Virus record (IMG/VR): IMGVR_UViG_3300027872_000009
Coordinates: 1 to 53,032 of that record
Length of the DNA stretch: 53,032 nucleotides
Strand: one strand, 5' to 3'
Source of the DNA: a virus
Lineage: Duplodnaviria > Caudoviricetes
Part shown: positions 26,682 through 34,758 of the stretch, in pieces
How the letters are laid out: every line of letters starts with the position of its first letter
How positions within the stretch are numbered: the stretch's first letter is position 1
Made by a program: the position numbers and the translations under genes
Notes under the pieces: model-generated
What the model saw: only the letters and a program-made list of their open reading frames with translations
What the model was told of the DNA's origin: nothing
The model's database searches: none

Positions 26682-27265
26682 AGAAACCGCGAAAGACATC
26701 GTTTCCAGATCAACCGGTAAACACGGTTCGATGGGTGCCACTCGAAAAGGTCAGGCCGAACGACTACAATCCGAACGCCGTCGCCAAAACGGAAATGCGA
26801 TTGCTGTACCAGTCGATCTTGCACGACGGTTTCACACAGCCGATCGTCACGGTTTACGACAAGGCCGCCGACGAGTATGTGATCGTCGACGGTTTCCATC
26901 GGTACTTCGTCGCCAAAAACAACGCGGTCATATCGGAGCGAACCGACGGGATGGTGCCGGTCGTGGTTATCGACAAGGGCGTCAATGACCGGATGGCGTC
27001 GACGATCCGCCACAACCGGGCAAGGGGCAAGCATTCGGTCGCCGGCATGTCGAGCATGGTTTTCAAGATGCTGGACAATGGCTGGAAAGATGAGGCAATT
27101 TGCAACGAACTTGGTATGGAGGCCGAGGAACTTCTACGGCTCAAGCACATTACCGGGTTTTCCCGGCTGTTTGAAAACATGGAATACAAACGGGCCTGGA
27201 AGCGGCGCAGCCAAGTGCGGATCAAGAACGAGTACCGGGAGAAGGCAGATGAGCAAGGCAGTTGA
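26678..27265 (+). CDS. IbrB-like ParB-domain protein
   Basis: PNDYNPNAVA..EM.LL..SI..DGFTQPIV, VDGFHR, RMASTIRHNRARGKH and LGM..EELLRLK. Confidence 0.88.
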   Translation: MKKPRKTSFPDQPVNTVRWVPLEKVRPNDYNPNAVAKTEMRLLYQSILHDGFTQPIVTVYDKAADEYVIVDGFHRYFVAKNNAVISERTDGMVPVVVIDKGVNDRMASTIRHNRARGKHSVAGMSSMVFKMLDNGWKDEAICNELGMEAEELLRLKHITGFSRLFENMEYKRAWKRRSQVRIKNEYREKADEQGS

Positions 27266-27473
27266 TATATTTCGTGGCTTGAAGAATGAATTTGTTGAGG
27301 TTCAGATCACGACTGGCGTCCCACCGGCACATCCTAATTGCCGATCTGCCATCTACGTCTATTTCGAGGACCCCGCGATTTTTAATTTCCTCACTGAAAA
27401 TGCGTTGCCAAAGCCGGATGAACCGAAGCATACGCTTGAACTGAAGGCGGAGAAACCGGATGCCCAAGGCTAA
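27249..27473 (+). CDS. Small protein carrying the MuF signature PPAHPNCRS
   Basis: Coupled between the IbrB-like gene and terS. Confidence 0.5.
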   Translation: MSKAVDIFRGLKNEFVEVQITTGVPPAHPNCRSAIYVYFEDPAIFNFLTENALPKPDEPKHTLELKAEKPDAQG

Positions 27474-27915
27474 AAAGCCCAAGGGCGGCAGGCCACGGAA
27501 GGAAATCGATCCGGCCGATCTGCAAAGCCTTGTGCGTATGCAATGCACCGCCGCTGAGTGCGCGGCGTTCTTCGAAATATCGATCGACACGCTTGATCGG
27601 CGCATAAAGGAAATGAAAGACGAGGACGACGTCGCGATCGAAGGTTTTGCGGACTACTATAAAAGGCAAGCCCCGCACGGCAAAGCGTCATTGCGTCGTT
27701 TGCAGTGGGCATCGGCGCACCGTGGCAGCGTCACGATGCAAATATGGCTCGGCAAACAAATGCTGGATCAGCGCGACAAGCAGGACCACGAATTTAGCGG
27801 CCCGGAAAAGGGTCCTATCGAAACGATCAACTGGGATGAGATATCGGCCGAGGCCAAGCGCGAACTTTTGAAAGCGTCGAGGATGCTTACGAATGCAGAC
27901 CCTAACGGGAAATGA
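27460..27915 (+). CDS. terS: Terminase small subunit
   Basis: GGRPRKEID HTH and GKASLRRLQW..A..G..TMQIWLGKQMLDQRD; precedes terL. Confidence 0.85.
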   Translation: MPKAKKPKGGRPRKEIDPADLQSLVRMQCTAAECAAFFEISIDTLDRRIKEMKDEDDVAIEGFADYYKRQAPHGKASLRRLQWASAHRGSVTMQIWLGKQMLDQRDKQDHEFSGPEKGPIETINWDEISAEAKRELLKASRMLTNADPNGK

Positions 27916-29323
27916 GCGAATCGTTGTCGAACAATCGCTGGGCAAAAGCCTGCCCGATTTCGTCCAGATGGCATGGCAAGTTCTTGAGCCGGCCACGGAT
28001 CTGAAATGGGGATGGGCGCTCGACGCTATTTGTGAGCATCTTGAAGCGGTCACAAACGGCGATATCCTCAACCTTCTGATCAACGTACCGCCCGGCATGA
28101 TGAAGTCGCTAATGGTCGGCGTGTTCTGGCCGGCGTGGGAATGGGGTCCGCTCGACCGGTCCGACCTCCGGTATCTCGGCACTTCATACCGCTATGATCT
28201 GGCGCTTCGTGACAACCTGAAATGCAAACGGTTGATCGAGTCGCAATGGTATCAGGACCGTTGGCCGATCAAAATCCGCATGGATCAAAATTCCAAGACG
28301 AAGTTTGAAACCCCGCGCTTGGGATTTCGCGAGGCAATGGCCTTCCAGTCCATGACCGGTTCGCGCGGCGATCGGATATTGCTGGACGATCCACTAAGCG
28401 TGAAGGGCGCGCGATCCGACGCCGACCTGACGACTGCGGAGATTACATTCACCGAAGCACTGCCAACCCGGATCAACAATGAAGAATCATCGCAGATCAT
28501 AATCATGCAGCGGTTGCACGAACGCGACACCAGCGGATTGATCATTTCGAAAGAACTGAATTACGAACGCCTGATCCTGCCAATGGAGTTTGAACCGGAC
28601 CGGCGGTGTGAAACGTCCATCGGGTTTTCCGATCCTCGGACCGTGGATGGCGAACTGATTTTTCCAGAGCGGTTCCCTGCATCACAGGTGGAAACCCTCA
28701 AGGCGACGATGGGGTCGTATGCCATAGCCGGCCAGTTTCAGCAGCGGCCCGCGCCAAGGGAGGGCGGCCTTTTTAAGCGTCACTGGTTCGATCTTGTCGG
28801 GGCCGTGCCGGACGGCACCACCTTTGTCCGGGGATGGGACCTAGCGGCTTCCACAGGGCAGGAGGCGTCCTTTACCGCCGGGGTCAAGATCGGCAAGCGG
28901 CTGGATGGTGGTTTTATCATCGCGGACAGCCGGCGCGGCCAACTGTCGCCCGGCATGGTTGAACGGATGCTGGTCAACACGGCCGCCGAGGACGGAAAGG
29001 CCATCAGCATTTCAATTCCGCAAGACCCCGGACAGGCCGGCAAGGCGCAGGCGCAATACCTGATTGGCAGGCTGGCGGGATTTACAGCGAGGGCAACCCC
29101 GGAAAGCGGCGACAAGATAACGCGCGCCGAACCGCTGGCGGCACAGGCCGAAGCCGGCAACGTCTCAATTCTAAAGGGGGCATGGGTTGAGAAGTACCTT
29201 GATGAACTGTGCACATTCCCGTATGGGGTGAATGCAGATCAGGTGGATGCGTCGAGCCGCGCATTCAACGTGCTTATAGAAGCGCGAGCCGGATACCAGC
29301 AGGAAATCACCGGACTGTATTAA
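27893..29323 (+). CDS. terL: Terminase large subunit
   Basis: INVPPGMMKS (Walker A variant), ILLDDP, MQRLHERD, GWDLA and DQVDA. Confidence 0.95.
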   Translation: MQTLTGNERIVVEQSLGKSLPDFVQMAWQVLEPATDLKWGWALDAICEHLEAVTNGDILNLLINVPPGMMKSLMVGVFWPAWEWGPLDRSDLRYLGTSYRYDLALRDNLKCKRLIESQWYQDRWPIKIRMDQNSKTKFETPRLGFREAMAFQSMTGSRGDRILLDDPLSVKGARSDADLTTAEITFTEALPTRINNEESSQIIIMQRLHERDTSGLIISKELNYERLILPMEFEPDRRCETSIGFSDPRTVDGELIFPERFPASQVETLKATMGSYAIAGQFQQRPAPREGGLFKRHWFDLVGAVPDGTTFVRGWDLAASTGQEASFTAGVKIGKRLDGGFIIADSRRGQLSPGMVERMLVNTAAEDGKAISISIPQDPGQAGKAQAQYLIGRLAGFTARATPESGDKITRAEPLAAQAEAGNVSILKGAWVEKYLDELCTFPYGVNADQVDASSRAFNVLIEARAGYQQEITGLY

Positions 29324-30798
29324 TGGCTGACGAAAAAGACATTACCTCCAAACACCCTGATTATGTGATGCGCATCGACGCTTGGCATACCATGCGCGAC
29401 ACGATCTTGGGCGAGGATGCCGTCAAGCTGGCCGGCGAAAAATATCTGCCGATGAAAAGCGGCATCAAGGCTATCACGGACAAAGACAAGCAGGACCACG
29501 CCCAAGCCGCCTATGTGATGCGCGCGGAGTTTCCTGAAATTGTAGCGCCGACCATCCGGGGATCGATGGGCCTTGTCCATGCCAAGGACAGCGTGATCGA
29601 ACTTCCGACGGCCTTGGAGCCGCTACGCGAGCGGGCAACAAAAGATGGCCTGACCCTTGGCCAACTCCACAGGAAGATCACCGTTGAGCTTTTCCGTACC
29701 GGTCGATTTGCGCTAATGCCGGGCCTGATTGACGGGGCGTTCCATCTGGCGGGATATACCGCCGAGGCGTTTATCAACTGGGACAGCGTCGAAGGTATCC
29801 TGTCCTATAGCGTTCTCGATGAATCGGCATTTGTCCGCGACGTTGAAACGAACGAATGGGCATCGCTGGAAAAATACCGGGAACTCTATTTGAACGAAGA
29901 AAACCAGTTCACGTCGCGCATGTGGATCGAAGTTACAGGCAAGTCCGACGGCGGCAAAAAAACCTTTGCGCCACAGGATGAAGAAACGTCGACCATCCAA
30001 GGCCGGGAGGGGCTGGACTTCATACCCTTGGTCGCGGTCGGTACGCACGACCTGACAGTCCACCCCGATGAAATGCCCCTTTATGGGCTGGCCAAGCTGG
30101 CGCTTCGGTCCTATCGGCTCGACGCCGATTATGTGACCGCCCTTCACATGACTTCCGAACCGCAGCCTTATGTGACGGGCGTTTCAAAGTCCCAAGCGCC
30201 AACCACGATCGGCGCGGCCAATCTATGGGTACTTGAGGACGCAGCTTCCAAGGCCGCATTTCTCGAATTTAGCGGGCCGGGCGTCTCGGCACAGCAGAAA
30301 GCAATTCAGGACACGCAAGAACGCGCCATCATGTTCGGCGCTCAACTGTTCTCCGAAAGCAAGCGCACGGCAGAAAGCGGCGAGGCCATACGGCTTCGAC
30401 TGGGGAACCAGACGTCGGCCTTGAAGATGATTTCGGTATCGTCCGCCGACGGCTTGGAACAGGCCCTTAAATTCACGGCAATATGGGCCGGGGTTGACCC
30501 CGACCAAGTGAGCGTTGAGCCAAATCTGGAGTTCATTGACCAAGAACTGTCGCCGCAAGAGATTACCGCACTGGTTCAAGCGTGGCAGGCGCAGGCGTAC
30601 AGCAAGGAAACGCTATTCGATAACCTACAGCGCGGCGGCGTTGTCGACCCCGAAAAGACTTTCGAGGAAGAGGAAGAAGAGATCGAGGCCGACGAGCAAA
30701 TGCCCGACCACGACCCCGACGGCATCGAAGATGAGCCGGGCGGCCTGCAAGCCTTGATAGGTGGACTGACAAAGGGATTCCGTTCCAATGAGACATGA
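29323..30798 (+). CDS. Portal protein (DUF4055-type)
   Basis: HPDY...W...RD..G..VK..GEKYLP and AESGEA..LR; follows terL. Confidence 0.88.
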   Translation: MADEKDITSKHPDYVMRIDAWHTMRDTILGEDAVKLAGEKYLPMKSGIKAITDKDKQDHAQAAYVMRAEFPEIVAPTIRGSMGLVHAKDSVIELPTALEPLRERATKDGLTLGQLHRKITVELFRTGRFALMPGLIDGAFHLAGYTAEAFINWDSVEGILSYSVLDESAFVRDVETNEWASLEKYRELYLNEENQFTSRMWIEVTGKSDGGKKTFAPQDEETSTIQGREGLDFIPLVAVGTHDLTVHPDEMPLYGLAKLALRSYRLDADYVTALHMTSEPQPYVTGVSKSQAPTTIGAANLWVLEDAASKAAFLEFSGPGVSAQQKAIQDTQERAIMFGAQLFSESKRTAESGEAIRLRLGNQTSALKMISVSSADGLEQALKFTAIWAGVDPDQVSVEPNLEFIDQELSPQEITALVQAWQAQAYSKETLFDNLQRGGVVDPEKTFEEEEEEIEADEQMPDHDPDGIEDEPGGLQALIGGLTKGFRSNET

Positions 30799-31405
30799 TG
30801 AAGCAGAGGATTTCGGCTTCACGCTTGGGCAGGAAATTGCCAAGCTACAGAAGCAGACATCGACGGGTGACGGCCCGCCCGTGGTGGTCGATACGCCTGC
30901 CGTCAATGTCCAGCCGGCGGCCGTTACAGTCGAAGCCCCGACCGTCAATATACCGGTCGAAATGGTTGCCAAGGCGATCGAAGAATCCAAGTTTGACGCC
31001 GGCGAACTGGTGACGGTTATCACCAAGGCGGCCGAGGTCATTGCCAACATCGATCTGAGCAATTTGCAAGTGTCGATCGAGGGCATCGATAATCGGCGCG
31101 AGTTTGTCCAATTGACGGCAACCGTTGACAAGGCCCTGAAGGCGATGTCTGAGTCTCAAGCGAACAACACAGCAAGGCTGGCCGATGCGATACTGAGCCT
31201 CGGCCTGTCCCAAGCCGCCCACACCAAGGCGCTTGTGGCGGAGGGTATGAAACAGCGCGAGACAGTAGGCAATCTTCGCGCTGCAATGGTCAGGATCGAA
31301 ACCGTACAGACCGAATTGATCGCTGTTGCGTATGCAAGACGCGACCTGATTTTTGACACCGACGGCAACCCGGTTGGATTGCAGATCGAAAGGCGAATCA
31401 ACTGA
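30788..31405 (+). CDS. Hypothetical virion-associated protein
   Basis: P/V-rich repeats (PAVNVQPAAVTVEAPTVNIP), helical body, C-terminal DTDGNPVG. Confidence 0.55.
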   Translation: MRHDEAEDFGFTLGQEIAKLQKQTSTGDGPPVVVDTPAVNVQPAAVTVEAPTVNIPVEMVAKAIEESKFDAGELVTVITKAAEVIANIDLSNLQVSIEGIDNRREFVQLTATVDKALKAMSESQANNTARLADAILSLGLSQAAHTKALVAEGMKQRETVGNLRAAMVRIETVQTELIAVAYARRDLIFDTDGNPVGLQIERRIN

Positions 31406-31836
31406 TGGCGACCTTCAACAAATTTTTCGATTTTACCGATGCGATCCACGAGGCCGCCCACAAGCTGGCAACCGACCAACTTGAGACGGCGCTATGCACT
31501 CAAGCCAATATCCCGGTGAATACCAATCGTGTTCTCGCCGACCTGACGCAGATTGCCTATACCAATTTGACGCCGGCCCCGCCGAACATCACTACCACGA
31601 GTTCGACGCAAACCGCCGGGCAGTATTCCATGGTCAACGCCGACCTTGTCTTGACGGCGTCCGGCGGGCCGGTGGCGACCTTCCGACACGTCATCATGTT
31701 CAACGAGACAGGAGCCGTGACCGGTTTTGTCGACCCGTTGTGCGCCCATTGGGATTTTGGTTCGGACCTGACACTGGCCGACACCGAAACCCTGACTCTC
31801 GACTTCACAACCAATACTTGGACGGTGGGAGCCTGA
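31405..31836 (+). CDS. Conserved small virion structural protein
   Basis: MATFNKF...H.L..DQL..AL, ASGG....FR..I.FN and WD.GS.LTL...ETLT.DF, recalled from phage structural modules. Confidence 0.65.
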   Translation: MATFNKFFDFTDAIHEAAHKLATDQLETALCTQANIPVNTNRVLADLTQIAYTNLTPAPPNITTTSSTQTAGQYSMVNADLVLTASGGPVATFRHVIMFNETGAVTGFVDPLCAHWDFGSDLTLADTETLTLDFTTNTWTVGA

Positions 31837-31838
31837 TT

Positions 31839-32180
31839 ATGGCAAAAGTGATCAAGGACGTTTTCACAAGTCGCGGCATCCTCATTTCGCCGACGGTGCG
31901 GGGCCTGCAATTGGAGTTCCATGCTCTGGCCAAGAAAAAGGCCATCGTTGAAAAGGCGCTTGCGCCGGCACGGGCGGAATACAAGAAGCTGCGTCGAAAG
32001 GGCTTTGCATATTGCCCTGAAATGGTCCCTCTCATGGACAAGATACTGGCGGCTAACGAAGTACTGTCCGATCTTTGTAATGGCATGGGCGGGCTGGCGC
32101 GGGCGATCGAATTTATCCACGCAAAGGCCGCCGGCAGCAACGCCCGGCCGATGGTGGCAACAACCGGCAAACCCGAATAA
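31839..32180 (+). CDS. Hypothetical helical protein (possible chaperone)
   Basis: GGGAG SD; basic and helical, lying between structural genes. Confidence 0.5.
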   Translation: MAKVIKDVFTSRGILISPTVRGLQLEFHALAKKKAIVEKALAPARAEYKKLRRKGFAYCPEMVPLMDKILAANEVLSDLCNGMGGLARAIEFIHAKAAGSNARPMVATTGKPE

Positions 32181-32218
32181 CCCGGCTATCTTGAGCCTTG
32201 AAACTCTGAGGACCTAAC

Positions 32219-34738
32219 ATGGCCGCAATAGCTGATGCCGATATCTCCATTGACAACAGTGGCGCTATCAGATGGACCGGGGCCGCGACGACGCCACGGC
32301 ATTCCGTGCTGGAATTTATCCAGTTAATGCAGGACAAGCAGGACGATGAGCAGGCGGCCGGCGACATCCTTTTGGATATCACCGTCGATACACCGTTTGA
32401 TCGGTCGACCGATCAGATTGTGGCGCTCAACTCGCCGTTCAATATCGACGCCACGTTCGCATCGCATTTGTATGACGGGTCGGTTTCGCAGACCAACCCG
32501 ACGTTCGGCGGCGAGGACCTGTTTTCGGGGCTGGAACTTATTGGTCCTGTCGTGGCCGGCACCGAATATATGGTCCTGCAAAACGGCAAGGTGATTGCGG
32601 CGTTTTGGGGAACCGGCATCAACGCGCCGCCTGCCCCGACGCTGGTGTTCTCCCGGCATCTGGTACAGTCGAAGCTTGCCGGGGCGCAGATTGACGGACG
32701 GCGGATCACCGTTCTGGCTCGCGAACTTGGCGATCAGTTCCGGCGCTTCCCGGTCACACTTGGCACGGGTAACAGCGTGGCGGCTATCGGTAACGGCGCG
32801 GACATTTTCAACACGACGCCCGACGCGACCATCGCCGGCTGGACTACCATTACCAATGTCGAGGGTTTTCAGGAACTCGATATCGACAAGACCGGCGCTG
32901 CCGGACAGGAATACTATTCCCAGTGGGCCAAGGCCGCGCAGTCCATCAATGACACCTATGAGCGTACCAAGTGGATTTCGCAGCGGTCGCATATCGCTGA
33001 TTCAAATGCCGAGGGCGCTGAAGATTTCATCATCGACGATAACAACACAACGAGCGTTGGCGTTGGTTCGGAGTGGTCCGCAACGGCTGCGGGAGAAGTC
33101 CTGACCGAACTGGTCGCCAGCATCAAGATTGGCGCTGGCACGGCTCACACAGGGACGCTTTACGCCTTGCTCTACGATTCCGACGATGTCGCCACGGCAG
33201 CACCGACGGGGGCCATTCTGGCGCGTTCGGAACCGATCTTGGCCAGCGCCATTACATCGTCTTATGAGGACATTATTTTCCGCTTCAACCTGAAAGACCC
33301 AAGCGACGGGTCGGATCAGGCCGCCGGGCTGGTATTGGTTGCAGATCAGGAATATTTCTTTGTCCTGAAACACGACGAAGGAAGCGCCACCGATTATTTC
33401 CATGCCGAGGGCGATACGACGACAGCCGACGACGGCAACTTCGCTCGCGAGACGCCGCCAGCGACGTTTACTGGTGTTGGAACGAGTGCTTTGCAATTCA
33501 CCGTCAAGACGTCGCCGGCGATCCATGGCGTACCGGGCGAACTTATGCAGGGCATCAGCGTCGAGGTAGGTTACGACGGCGAAATAGGCACGGGTGTCGC
33601 CGAAGACAACATCGTCATGTGGGGAACCAAGGTTAATTATGACGGGCTTACGGGCGGGCCGTTCTTTGCCGGTGAGCCGGTGACGTTCCGGGCCGAGGGC
33701 GACAGTTCGCTCAAGACTGGCGGCATCGTGCTTTATGATGATTTGACTGATGAACTCATTGTCGCGCTGGACACGCCGGGCGCGGCCGTGATCGACGATA
33801 ACGACCTGATCGAAGGACTGGTGTCCGCTGCCACGGCGGCGATCAATGTTGCCGGTGGTGCCATTCTGGATGAGGACAAGGGCGGCGGTACGGGCATTTT
33901 GCTGGCAAAGGACGATAACGGCGCGGCTGGCGAATTGTATTTGCAAGTCTTGACCGGCATCGACCCGGTCGACGACAACACGATCAGGCGCGACGATGCG
34001 AGCGGCGATCCGTTGCTTGATTTGTGCCTTGCAACGGCTGTCATCAACCCCAAAACGATCAACCCCGAATTTCTTGGGACGTCGACGGGGTCCAATATTA
34101 TTGGCGCTTACGGGATCGGCTTCGACCCGGACGACGTCGGGGCGTCCGATCGTTTCATATCCTTGGATGACGCCCCGCGTACTCCGCCGAACAATGTCGC
34201 GTTCACCATTTCGGCTCTGGTATCCGGCGAGGACCGGGTATTGGTCGCGCCGCGTTCGGGATCTGTCATCGACGAGGGTCAATGGTTGCTGGCGACGGCG
34301 CTTACGACTGGCACGGAAGTCGCCGTTGTGGTGAAAACCGGGACGGAAACGGTCCCATTCGTCACGGCCGATATCAATTGGCCAACAACCGGGAAGGTGG
34401 CCGAACCGGCGAAGCTGCGTATCCAACTGGACAGTAATATCCGCCGCCATATCGATTATGAATCGCACGACGCCGTTGATACGTTCACTATCCTTTCCAC
34501 CAGCTTTACCGGAGCAAATTCGGCGGCGGTCAACCGGCAAGTCTATCTCGCCTTCATTGACGTACTGGCGGACGCCACCACGGAAAGTTTCACGGGAGTC
34601 CATGACGCCCAAGACCGCGACCTGTTTGTCCGGGTGCGCGATGGAGGCGGAACGCCGATCAAGACATTTGAGTCAGTGACGGCGCAATTTCTTGCCACGC
34701 CTGTAACGGTCGCGGCGGTCAGAACAAGCGACGCCTAG
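32219..34738 (+). CDS. Large acidic beta-rich virion protein (839 aa)
   Basis: Long ORF with genome-typical codon usage, D/T/G/A-rich; C-terminal LFVRVRDGG..PIKTFE..RTSDA. Confidence 0.7.
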   Translation: MAAIADADISIDNSGAIRWTGAATTPRHSVLEFIQLMQDKQDDEQAAGDILLDITVDTPFDRSTDQIVALNSPFNIDATFASHLYDGSVSQTNPTFGGEDLFSGLELIGPVVAGTEYMVLQNGKVIAAFWGTGINAPPAPTLVFSRHLVQSKLAGAQIDGRRITVLARELGDQFRRFPVTLGTGNSVAAIGNGADIFNTTPDATIAGWTTITNVEGFQELDIDKTGAAGQEYYSQWAKAAQSINDTYERTKWISQRSHIADSNAEGAEDFIIDDNNTTSVGVGSEWSATAAGEVLTELVASIKIGAGTAHTGTLYALLYDSDDVATAAPTGAILARSEPILASAITSSYEDIIFRFNLKDPSDGSDQAAGLVLVADQEYFFVLKHDEGSATDYFHAEGDTTTADDGNFARETPPATFTGVGTSALQFTVKTSPAIHGVPGELMQGISVEVGYDGEIGTGVAEDNIVMWGTKVNYDGLTGGPFFAGEPVTFRAEGDSSLKTGGIVLYDDLTDELIVALDTPGAAVIDDNDLIEGLVSAATAAINVAGGAILDEDKGGGTGILLAKDDNGAAGELYLQVLTGIDPVDDNTIRRDDASGDPLLDLCLATAVINPKTINPEFLGTSTGSNIIGAYGIGFDPDDVGASDRFISLDDAPRTPPNNVAFTISALVSGEDRVLVAPRSGSVIDEGQWLLATALTTGTEVAVVVKTGTETVPFVTADINWPTTGKVAEPAKLRIQLDSNIRRHIDYESHDAVDTFTILSTSFTGANSAAVNRQVYLAFIDVLADATTESFTGVHDAQDRDLFVRVRDGGGTPIKTFESVTAQFLATPVTVAAVRTSDA

Positions 34739-34758
34739 ATGCGCCATGAGGTCATGTC

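Noticed and set aside
18572-27265. ParB proteins as a plasmid-prophage partition system
   Set aside because: No ParA ATPase or parS-like array was recognised; three of the four ParB-fold genes sit in an enzyme operon beside terS.
33002-34612. 536-aa minus-strand ORF and other long antisense ORFs (e.g. 15281-16543, 48056-48940)
   Set aside because: Shadow frames opposite well-supported genes in GC-rich DNA; no motifs or SD.
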